Below, piece after piece: positions 20,821 through 27,654 of a stretch of 36,762 nucleotides of DNA. How positions within the stretch are numbered: the first letter of the stretch is position 1; every line of letters begins with the position of its first letter. A program made the translations under genes and the position numbers. The notes under the pieces were generated by a model that worked only from the letters and a program-made list of their open reading frames with translations, was not told where the DNA came from and made no database searches. This DNA comes from a bacterium (GTDB taxonomy: Bacteria; Patescibacteriota; Minisyncoccia; Minisyncoccales; UBA10102), in assembly GCA_030699785.1 (NCBI GenBank), contig JAUYLB010000040.1, positions 1 to 36,762 on the forward strand, read 5' to 3'.

Positions 20821-20858
20821 TTGCGTCAAATTTCAACCATGGTTGAAATTTGACGCAA
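20821..20858. repeat. 38-bp perfect palindrome, family P, copy 1
   Basis: TTGCGTCAAATTTCAACCATGGTTGAAATTTGACGCAA. It is flanked symmetrically by the direct repeats CTAGCATGTTTATT (20793-20806) and CTAGCATTGTTTAC (20871-20884). Confidence 0.85.
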
Positions 20859-20957
20859 ATGTAAATCTGGCTAGCATTGTTTACCTTGACGACTCTGTAG
20901 CACCGCGGTACCATAGACTCATACAAAGGGTCTTAATAAATATAACATAGATATACT

Positions 20958-21662
20958 ATGATAAATCTAGAAGAACTTCAGGAATCTCAGCCCGTTTCAG
21001 AACCCATAAAAACACGACCACGTGTTGGAAACGACAAGACAATACTTGCAATCGTTGGTATTGTATTGCTCCTTGCGACCGCAGGAGCAGGATACATGTA
21101 CTTTGCTGGATCAGCCAAAAACAATGTTGCGGTTGCGCTTGTGAATGGCGAGGAAATCACAAGAGGAATGCTCAATAATCATATCAAAAAGGTTGCCGCC
21201 GGAATGGACCTGACCACAATAACCGAAGAAGAGCGAAGAGAGATAGAAGAATACACGCTTGACCTCATGATCAGTGAAAAGTTGCTTCTGGAAGAAGCAA
21301 AGGCTCGAGGCATCAACGCCTCCTCCCAAGAAGTAGAGGCACAGATTGCTTCTATCAAGAGTGGGTACCCCGGAGATGCCGAATTCAACCAAGCGCTTAA
21401 AGACGCAAACATTACGGAACAGGAACTTCGAAAAAGCATTGAGCAACAGAACATATTTTTTCAGCTTGCCAATGTAAGCATATCAGAAGAAGAAATAGTA
21501 GCTCTCTATGAAAGCGAGATGAAGGGAGAAGAAGGAGATCCGGGATACGAAGCAGCACGACCTCTTCTTAGGCAAAACATTGAACAACAAAAGCTTTCCG
21601 AAGCGATTCCCATTATTCTTGGAGAAATTCGAGAAAACGCGGATATCCAAATCCTTCTCTAA
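20958..21662 (+). CDS. Membrane-anchored SurA N-terminal-domain chaperone-like protein
   Basis: An N-terminal TM helix is followed by a SurA_N-like segment (VNGEEITRGMLNNHIK ... LISEKLLLEEAKARGI ... FNQALKDANITEQELRKSIE). No parvulin PPIase domain was seen. Confidence 0.65.
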   Translation: MINLEELQESQPVSEPIKTRPRVGNDKTILAIVGIVLLLATAGAGYMYFAGSAKNNVAVALVNGEEITRGMLNNHIKKVAAGMDLTTITEEERREIEEYTLDLMISEKLLLEEAKARGINASSQEVEAQIASIKSGYPGDAEFNQALKDANITEQELRKSIEQQNIFFQLANVSISEEEIVALYESEMKGEEGDPGYEAARPLLRQNIEQQKLSEAIPIILGEIRENADIQILL

Positions 21663-21667
21663 TCATT

Positions 21668-22435
21668 ATGGGAATCCAAGCAAAGAACGCTCTTCTTGCC
21701 ACAGGAATTCTTGCAACCATTGCATTTGCATATGCTGCGGTACAGTTCTCTGGCGCGTACGCGCAGGGGATAGACCCTGCTTCTACAAGAAGTTTTTCTG
21801 TTCTGGCAGAAGGCAAGATTGTGGCAGTTCCTGACACGGCCGAGTTTACATTTGGCGTCATAACGGAAGGCAACAAAGCCCTGAGTATACTCCAAGAGGA
21901 AAACACAACCGCCATGAATAACATTCTTCAGGCCATGAAATCGGTGGGAGTAGAGGAGAGAGATCTGCAAACAAATTTTTACTCTATTTCACCGCGCTAT
22001 CAGTACATTCCATGTTACTCCGAACGAGACACCTGCCCTCCTCCCGACATTTCAGGATATACCATCTCGCAAACCGTTCAAGTCAGGGTACGGGACCTTG
22101 CCAAAACAGGAGAACTCCTTGCTCTCGCAACAAGCAAAGGAGCAAACAGCATTTCACAAATTTCTCTTATCGTTGATGACCGTGAAGAGCTTGAGCAAAA
22201 AGCAAGAGAAATCGCAATTTCTAAGGCTCAAGAAAAAGCTAAGAATATAGCAGTGGCGGCAAAAGTTCGCCTTGGACGTCTCTTACAAATCGAAGAATAC
22301 AACACATATCCCGGTATATACCCTTCTTATCTCAAAGAAGGCATGGGCGGAGCCGAAGATATGGCAATCCCATCTATTGAGCCGGGAACACAAGAGATTA
22401 CGATTCAAATAATGCTTCGATATGAAATAAAATAG
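21668..22435 (+). CDS. SIMPL (DUF541) domain periplasmic protein
   Basis: A signal/TM segment is followed by GYTISQTVQVRVRDLAKTGELL ... ELEQKAREIAISKAQEKAKNIA ... GRLLQIEE. Confidence 0.75.
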   Translation: MGIQAKNALLATGILATIAFAYAAVQFSGAYAQGIDPASTRSFSVLAEGKIVAVPDTAEFTFGVITEGNKALSILQEENTTAMNNILQAMKSVGVEERDLQTNFYSISPRYQYIPCYSERDTCPPPDISGYTISQTVQVRVRDLAKTGELLALATSKGANSISQISLIVDDREELEQKAREIAISKAQEKAKNIAVAAKVRLGRLLQIEEYNTYPGIYPSYLKEGMGGAEDMAIPSIEPGTQEITIQIMLRYEIK

Positions 22436-22440
22436 TAATT

Positions 22441-22893
22441 ATGGATAAAAAATACTCTATTGTTCGTACGCTTTACCTCTACCTGTTTTCTTTGGTAGGG
22501 CTTGTTATGCTCACTATTGGAGGTGTGCAGCTTGTTGATCTTGCTTTAAAAACCTATGTCTTCCCGGGATCTGATATTTATGAATACTATCCGGATCGAG
22601 CATTTATTCCCACCAAAGATGGGATGACAACAATTACAGAAGAGGATTTTGTGCGGGCAATGAAAAACTGTACAGAGGCATGTGAGCTTTCAAACGAGGA
22701 GCGAGCATCTCTGGTAGCTTGGCTTCAAGACTATGAAACGCAAAGAGAGATTCAGGATGCAATGCCGGAAAAAAACGCTCAAAGAGAACGGCAACGTCAG
22801 GCCTCTCGCGCTTTAGCCTCAATCATTGTTGGTATGCCCATATTCTTCTTTCACTGGAGAGTTATTCAGCAGGACCACCGCAATCTTTCTTGA
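22441..22893 (+). CDS. Hypothetical membrane protein with 2 TM helices flanking a soluble loop
   Basis: 150-aa ORF with hydrophobic segments LYLYLFSLVGLVMLTIGGV and ALASIIVGMPIFFFHW. It is tightly spaced after the SIMPL gene. Confidence 0.6.
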   Translation: MDKKYSIVRTLYLYLFSLVGLVMLTIGGVQLVDLALKTYVFPGSDIYEYYPDRAFIPTKDGMTTITEEDFVRAMKNCTEACELSNEERASLVAWLQDYETQREIQDAMPEKNAQRERQRQASRALASIIVGMPIFFFHWRVIQQDHRNLS

Positions 22894-22901
22894 TTTTATT
22901 G

Positions 22902-23036
22902 AATTATAAAAATCAGTGAGGAATATGTTCTTTGGAGAGACCCTCGGAGCGCGACGGCGCGAGAGTGAACCAAAAATTTAGCAGAATTTTATGGTGTTCT
23001 CGGAAAAGAATATATCCGAACGAAAAGTTTATAATT
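22902..23036 (+). repeat. ~135-nt hairpin repeat, copy B (most diverged)
   Basis: AATTATAAAAATCAGTGAGGAATATGTTCTTTGGAGAGACCCTCGGAGCGCGACGGCGCGAGAGTGAACCAAAAATTTAGCAGAATTTTATGGTGTTCTCGGAAAAGAATATATCCGAACGAAAAGTTTATAATT. Confidence 0.88.
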
Positions 23037-23081
23037 AAAAACAATAAAGGTCGGATTATAGGTCTAAAACCCATCGCTTCC

Positions 23082-23336
23082 ATGAAACCAGTCGGCAAAG
23101 TGACTCACTATTACAGGAAAGCAGGGGTGGCAATCGTAGAATTGGCACAAAGCCTTAAGGTTGGGGATCGCGTGCGTATAGAACGGGGAGATCAAGTATT
23201 TGATCAAAATATATCCTCTCTCCATAAGGATCTCAAGTCTATTGAGCATGCGGGAAAAGGAGATGTTGTGGGAATGAAGGTTGATCAGAAAGTAAAGGAG
23301 GGGTCTCTTGTGGCTCTTCTTGAAGAGGGCGGGTAA
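23082..23336 (+). CDS. Small beta-barrel protein, possibly EF-Tu domain-2-like
   Basis: 84 aa starting at MKPVGKVTHYY, with VGDRVRIERG and GDVVGMKV. The upstream part of ORF 22932.. lies inside repeat copy B and is rejected. Confidence 0.5.
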   Translation: MKPVGKVTHYYRKAGVAIVELAQSLKVGDRVRIERGDQVFDQNISSLHKDLKSIEHAGKGDVVGMKVDQKVKEGSLVALLEEGG

Positions 23337-23435
23337 AAGGACACTTGGGGTATAGTCTTGGTGGGGCACAAAACCCTGTTGCAAAGAACAGCATTCTCTG
23401 GTATGCTGTATGCATTATCCGAACAGCATATTTTT

Positions 23436-23675
23436 ATGGCCGTACCAAAACAACACCGCTCAAAATCTCGACAAGGACAAAGCAGAATGCACAAGAATAT
23501 CACGGAGCCCTCTCTGGTGTCTTGCGCAAAGTGCAATAAACCAATCTTATCTCACCGCGCCTGTCCTTTTTGTGGCACATACAGAGGAAAAGAGATTGTG
23601 AATGTTCTTGCTGACTCAAACAAGAAAGAGCAGAAACAAAAGGATCGAAAGGTGGCGCGAGAAACCGGAAGGTAA
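23436..23675 (+). CDS. rpmF: 50S ribosomal protein L32
   Basis: MAVPKQHRSKSRQGQSRMH ... C..C ... CPFCG. The start is taken at 23436 within ORF 23358... Confidence 0.88.
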   Translation: MAVPKQHRSKSRQGQSRMHKNITEPSLVSCAKCNKPILSHRACPFCGTYRGKEIVNVLADSNKKEQKQKDRKVARETGR

Positions 23676-23684
23676 CCATTTTTT

Positions 23685-24131
23685 ATGGCAAGTAGGCACC
23701 TCTCCAGATCTATTGTCATGCAGTCCCTGTATGAATGGGATTTTCAACACAATCGAGATCCCAACATGCTCGAAAAAGTTTTAGAGCGCAACCTAGAAGA
23801 GTTTGGTCCTGGACTTGAGGAATCCAATCAACAGTTTGTCCGCTCGCTTGCGCAAGGAGTTTTGGAGCATATTTCACAGCTGGACACCATTATTGAAAAA
23901 GCGGCTCCCGATTGGCCACTCGACCAGATTACTGTGGTAGATCGCAATGTTCTGCGCCTGGGTCTTTTTGAGCTTCTCTATAGCAACAAAGACGAAGTGC
24001 CTCCAAAAGTAGCTATCAATGAAGCCATAGAGCTTGCCAAGAACTTTAGCGGAGAGCCGTCCGGAAGATTTGTAAACGGGGTACTCGGAACTGTGTTTCG
24101 AGAACTCCAAGAACAGAATAAAGAATCATGA
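23685..24131 (+). CDS. nusB: Transcription antitermination factor NusB
   Basis: SRSIVMQSLYEWDF, VDRNVLRLGLFELLY, INEAIELAKNF and FVNGVLG. Confidence 0.9.
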   Translation: MASRHLSRSIVMQSLYEWDFQHNRDPNMLEKVLERNLEEFGPGLEESNQQFVRSLAQGVLEHISQLDTIIEKAAPDWPLDQITVVDRNVLRLGLFELLYSNKDEVPPKVAINEAIELAKNFSGEPSGRFVNGVLGTVFRELQEQNKES

Positions 24132-24841
24132 TCAGTCGCCTGTACGAATCATACAGATTCAATATACTTGAAGAGAACCTTCAGGTCTCATTTATTCAAA
24201 AAGACCTGCTTGTGCAGGGATTTGTGCACCGCTCTTACTTGAATGAAAATCCTGCTATTCCCGTTTCCCATAACGAACGACTGGAGTTCTTGGGAGACGC
24301 CGTGCTAGAGCTTGTGGTAACCGAATACCTTTACAAACACTACCCAGACAAAACTGAAGGAGAGCTGACTTCCTGGAGAGCCGCTCTGGTAAACACCAAG
24401 ATGCTTTCCTCTCTTGCCCGAGATCTGGGATTCAACGATTACCTTCTGCTCTCAAAGGGAGAACAGAAAGAAGAGGGGAGGGCTAGAGAGTTTATTCTTG
24501 CCGATACCTTTGAAGCTTTCACGGGAGCGCTTTACCTTGACCAAGGACTCCAGGTGTGCAAGGATATGATGGTCCGCACCCTCTTGCCTTGTTTGTCTGA
24601 TATTATAGACCAAAAACTGTTCCAAGACGCAAAGTCTCGCCTGCAAGAATTGGCTCAAGAAAGGCTTAGCGTCACCCCAACATACAAAGTGATTCAGGAA
24701 ACAGGGCCCGATCACGCCAAGCGCTTTCAAGTAGGCGCCTACCTGAATGGCGACATGATCGCGGAAGGAGAAGGATTCTCTAAACAAGAAGCAGAAGAAG
24801 AAGCGGCAAAACGAGCCCTTGAAGTAAAAGAGTGGAAGTAA
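24128..24841 (+). CDS. rnc: Ribonuclease III
   Basis: Signature ERLEFLGDAVLELVV plus a C-terminal dsRBD (GPDHAKRF ... GEGFSKQEAEEEAAKRAL). Confidence 0.95.
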   Translation: MISRLYESYRFNILEENLQVSFIQKDLLVQGFVHRSYLNENPAIPVSHNERLEFLGDAVLELVVTEYLYKHYPDKTEGELTSWRAALVNTKMLSSLARDLGFNDYLLLSKGEQKEEGRAREFILADTFEAFTGALYLDQGLQVCKDMMVRTLLPCLSDIIDQKLFQDAKSRLQELAQERLSVTPTYKVIQETGPDHAKRFQVGAYLNGDMIAEGEGFSKQEAEEEAAKRALEVKEWK

Positions 24842-24853
24842 TACGCGAACTAT

Positions 24854-25210
24854 ATGTTAAAAATAAGATTGTTTCGTACAGGAAAAAAAAATCAGCCGTC
24901 GTTTAAGGTTGTTGTGACAAACAAAACAAACGCGCCCGCGGGAGGACGCTATTTGGAGCAGGTTGGATTTTCTAATCCGCTCACCAAAGAAAAAAACTTA
25001 AACACAGAGCGCATTCAATACTGGATCTCAAGAGGAGCAAAACCCTCCGATACCGTGCATAATATGCTTGTGAGCGGGGGAGTGATAAAAGGTAAAAAAA
25101 TTCCCATTCACACAATTGTTCCCGTGCAAGAAAAAGCTCAAGAGACTGTTCCCACGGAGCCCAAAGAGAAGTCCACCCCAGAACCCAAAGAAGAAGAGAA
25201 AAGTGCATAA
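24854..25210 (+). CDS. rpsP: 30S ribosomal protein S16 with a K/E/P-rich C-terminal extension
   Basis: MLKIRLFRTGKKNQPSFKVVV ... GAKPSDTV. Confidence 0.93.
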   Translation: MLKIRLFRTGKKNQPSFKVVVTNKTNAPAGGRYLEQVGFSNPLTKEKNLNTERIQYWISRGAKPSDTVHNMLVSGGVIKGKKIPIHTIVPVQEKAQETVPTEPKEKSTPEPKEEEKSA

Positions 25211-25257
25211 AGGTCGATTGATCATTTTGCATTGAAATCCGTGTATTCAACAGAACT

Positions 25258-25566
25258 ATGGCAGAAGAGAAACCGACATATCAGGACTTTCTTGAATATG
25301 TGATAAAGTCCCTTGTAGATCACCCCGACGTTGTGGAAGTGAGTCGCAAGGTAGATGAAATGGGAGTGCTCTTAACACTAAAAGTGCACCCAGACGATAT
25401 GGGACAGCTTATTGGACGACAAGGATCCACTGCAAGGGCCATTCGAACACTTGTGCGCATTGCCGGCATGAAATCCCAGGCGCGTGTCAATATGAAGATT
25501 GAAGAACCAGAAGGAGGACGTGGAGAAAGCCACAGAAAGGAATCTTTTGACTCGCTTAATTTCTAG
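25258..25566 (+). CDS. KH-domain RNA-binding protein (YlqC / UPF0109 family)
   Basis: LIGRQGSTARAIRTLV (GxxG KH motif). The position after rpsP is conserved. Confidence 0.85.
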   Translation: MAEEKPTYQDFLEYVIKSLVDHPDVVEVSRKVDEMGVLLTLKVHPDDMGQLIGRQGSTARAIRTLVRIAGMKSQARVNMKIEEPEGGRGESHRKESFDSLNF

Positions 25567-25573
25567 ATATATT

Positions 25574-25711
25574 GAATCGCGAAACTCTTTACTCGGATAC
25601 GCTTTTGGAGAGGCACGCTGTAAAATCTTGCTAGATTTTCAGCTCGCTCTCGCGCCGTCGCGCTCCGAGAGGCCCTCCAAAAGCATATCCTTCGCACAAG
25701 TTTCGTGATTC
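25574..25711 (-). repeat. ~135-nt hairpin repeat, copy C (inverted orientation)
   Basis: The reverse complement reads GAATCACGAAACTTGTGCGAAGGATATGCTTTTGGAGGGCCTCTCGGAGCGCGACGGCGCGAGAGCGAGCTGAAAATCTAGCAAGATTTTACAGCGTGCCTCTCCAAAAGCGTATCCGAGTAAAGAGTTTCGCGATTC. Confidence 0.9.
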
Positions 25712-25732
25712 AAAAAATGGATATATTATACC

Positions 25733-25772
25733 ATGAAAACGGAGGCGCCCTATGCGGGCGCACCGTTTTCAT
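25733..25772 (+). terminator. GC-rich hairpin with flanking A- and T-tracts, 13 nt upstream of trmD
   Basis: ATGAAAACGG-AG-GCGCCC-TATG-C-GGGCGC-A-CCGTTTTCAT. Confidence 0.55.
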
Positions 25773-25785
25773 TTAAAATAGCGTT

Positions 25786-26445
25786 ATGAGATTTGATATT
25801 CTTACCATCTTTCCCCAACTATTCTCCTCATTTGCGGAAGAGTCTCTTGTAAAATGCGCAAGAGAAAAAAATAAACTCTCTCTTGAGGTTCATGATCTTC
25901 GATCTTGGACAACAGATGCGCACAAAACCGTTGATGACAAACCGTTCGGCGGGGGACTGGGTATGGTTATGAAGGTAGAGCCCATTCATGGAGCAATCAA
26001 GGATCTCAAGCGCAAAGGTGGAAAGGTTGTGCTCTTTAGTCCTCGTGGTAAAAGATTCACACAAAGTATGGCACAGGAGTTTTCTCGCCAATCTCAACTC
26101 ATTCTCGTGTGCGGAAGGTACGAAGGAGTAGACGAGCGAGTTGCAAAACACCTCGCCGATTATATTGTTTCGTTGGGTCCTTTTGTGCTCATGGGAGGAG
26201 AAATACCCGCCATGGCCATTATAGAAGCAACATCCAGACTTATTCCGGGAGTCGTAGGAAAAGCAGATTTTCTCAAAGAACACATACCCGCAACCGGGGG
26301 ATTTATTGAGTATCCCCAATACACCAGACCAGAAGAATACTCTCCGGAATCAGGAACTGTTTGGAAAATTCCCAAGGTACTTATCTCTGGAGATCATAAA
26401 AAAATAGGGGAGTGGAGGAAAAAGAAAGGAAAGACCCTTCGCTGA
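25786..26445 (+). CDS. trmD: tRNA (guanine37-N1)-methyltransferase
   Basis: MRFDILTIFPQLF, DDKPFGGGLGMVM, VCGRYEGVDERV and SLGPFVLMGGE. Confidence 0.95.
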   Translation: MRFDILTIFPQLFSSFAEESLVKCAREKNKLSLEVHDLRSWTTDAHKTVDDKPFGGGLGMVMKVEPIHGAIKDLKRKGGKVVLFSPRGKRFTQSMAQEFSRQSQLILVCGRYEGVDERVAKHLADYIVSLGPFVLMGGEIPAMAIIEATSRLIPGVVGKADFLKEHIPATGGFIEYPQYTRPEEYSPESGTVWKIPKVLISGDHKKIGEWRKKKGKTLR

Positions 26446-26454
26446 ATTCTTTCT

Positions 26455-26587
26455 ATTGTAAAACTCTGTGAGGAATATGTTTTTGAAGCGGCCCTCGGAG
26501 CGCGACGACGCGAGAGCGAGTCAAAAACTCAGTAGAGTTTTATGACGGTCCGCGGAAAAAATATATCCGAACAGAGAGTTTTGCAAT
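26455..26587 (+). repeat. ~135-nt hairpin repeat, copy D
   Basis: ATTGTAAAACTCTGTGAGGAATATGTTTTTGAAGCGGCCCTCGGAGCGCGACGACGCGAGAGCGAGTCAAAAACTCAGTAGAGTTTTATGACGGTCCGCGGAAAAAATATATCCGAACAGAGAGTTTTGCAAT. Confidence 0.92.
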
Positions 26588-26642
26588 TCAGTATGAATCT
26601 GTTGTCAAGGCGAGTTCTTTGTGGTACAAGAAAGGAGTCATA

Positions 26643-26727
26643 TGGGTCGGTGGCAGAGTGGACAATTGCACGTGGCTGTAAACCACGCGGCCTTGCGCCT
26701 ACGGGGGTTCGAATCCCTCCCGGCCCA
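26643..26727 (+). tRNA. tRNA-Tyr (GUA), long variable arm
   Basis: Acceptor GGGTCGG/CCGGCCC, anticodon stem ACGTGG../CCACG with loop CTGTAAA, a long variable arm, and a T arm containing TTCGAAT. Confidence 0.88.
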
Positions 26728-26758
26728 CATTCGTATCAATGCGTGCGCGCCCGAGTAG

Positions 26759-26829
26759 TTCAACGGCAGAACGGATCCATGGTAAGGATCAAACAGGAGT
26801 TCGACTCTCCTCTCGGGCTCCCGGCAAGA
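26759..26829 (+). tRNA. tRNA-Thr (GGU)
   Basis: Acceptor GCCCGAG/CTCGGGC, anticodon stem GATCC/GGATC with loop ATGGTAA, T arm AGGAG-TTCGACT-CTCCT. Confidence 0.88.
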
Positions 26830-26840
26830 TTCATGGTTGT

Positions 26841-26880
26841 GGGTTATAAGTTATAAGTCATTAGTTATAAGTCATCTATT
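26841..26880 (+). repeat. C-depleted GTTATAAG tandem tract immediately upstream of rpmG
   Basis: GGGTTATAAGTTATAAGTCATTAGTTATAAGTCATCTATT. It shares GGGTTATAAGTTAT with 29308-29321. Confidence 0.7.
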
Positions 26881-27054
26881 ATGGCAGCAAAAAGAAAAAA
26901 GGTATTCGTAAAGCTTAAGTGCGAGACATGCAAGGATGTGAACTACTTCACCAGAAAATCCAAGATACTCACATCAGAAGGAACCAAGTTAAATCTCAAA
27001 AAATTCTGCGCCTCTTGCAGAAAGCACGTCAAGCATGCTGAATCAAAGAAGTAG
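26881..27054 (+). CDS. rpmG: 50S ribosomal protein L33 (57 aa, below the ORF-track length cutoff)
   Basis: My translation is MAAKRKKVFVKLKCETCKDVNYFTRKSKILTSEGTKLNLKKFCASCRKHVKHAESKK, which shows the CxxC..CxxC L33 pattern. Confidence 0.88.
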   Translation: MAAKRKKVFVKLKCETCKDVNYFTRKSKILTSEGTKLNLKKFCASCRKHVKHAESKK

Positions 27055-27078
27055 TATTCCTGTCATACAGCAGGAATT

Positions 27079-27151
27079 GGGGATGTGGTGTCAATGGCTA
27101 GCACAACGGTCTCCAAAACCGTTAGTCTAGGTTCGAATCCTAGCATCCCCG
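27079..27151 (+). tRNA. tRNA-Trp (CCA)
   Basis: Acceptor GGGGATG/CATCCCC, anticodon stem ACGGT/ACCGT with loop CTCCAAA, T arm CTAGG-TTCGAAT-CCTAG. Confidence 0.9.
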
Positions 27152-27156
27152 CTCCT

Positions 27157-27654
27157 ATGCAGCATTATCCGCTCTTGCTATATCCCAATCCCATCTTGCA
27201 TAAAAAGGCCCTTGCGGGAGAGGGGTTTACTCAAGAGGTGCACAACCTTATATCTCATATGCAAGACGTTATGAAAACACATAACGGAGTTGGTCTTGCT
27301 GCTCCCCAGGTTGGGATTTCTCTTCGGCTTATCCTTGTACAGAATGGAGAAACCGTTGAAGCCTGTATGAATCCGCAGGTTCTCTCTTCAAGCAAAGAAC
27401 GAGAAGTAGATACAGAGGGTTGTTTGAGTATTCCGGGATTATGGATTCCTATCTCTCGTCCCGCGCGTATCTCCGTTTCCTACCTTGCCAAAGATGGAAA
27501 AGAGGTAACACGTGATCTAAAAGGATTTCTTGCTCGCGTGTTTCAGCATGAAATTGATCACATTAACGGTAAACTCATTATTGATCATTTGGGATTCTGG
27601 GAAAGATTTAAATTAAGGAAGCGCCTAAAAAATCTTGGGGAAAAATCTCTATGA
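27157..27654 (+). CDS. def: Peptide deformylase
   Basis: GVGLAAPQVG, EGCLSIPG and HEIDHING. The start is set at MQHYPLL (27157) because the ORF-track start at 27085 lies inside tRNA-Trp. Confidence 0.93.
   Translation: MQHYPLLLYPNPILHKKALAGEGFTQEVHNLISHMQDVMKTHNGVGLAAPQVGISLRLILVQNGETVEACMNPQVLSSSKEREVDTEGCLSIPGLWIPISRPARISVSYLAKDGKEVTRDLKGFLARVFQHEIDHINGKLIIDHLGFWERFKLRKRLKNLGEKSL

Noticed and set aside
26542-26856. ORF-track ORFs beginning MTVRGKNISEQRVLQ (26542..26856 and 30395..30589) share an N-terminus and could be a repeated small protein.
   Set aside because: The shared 15 codons are simply the 3' arm of repeat copies D and E. The downstream sequence is unrelated. ORF 26542 runs straight through tRNA-Tyr and tRNA-Thr. 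ORF 30395 overlaps the 3' end of the convergent 30460..32346 gene in antisense.
27085-27156. The longer def ORF starting at 27085.
   Set aside because: The first 22 codons are the tRNA-Trp gene itself. The conserved deformylase sequence begins at the ATG at 27157.
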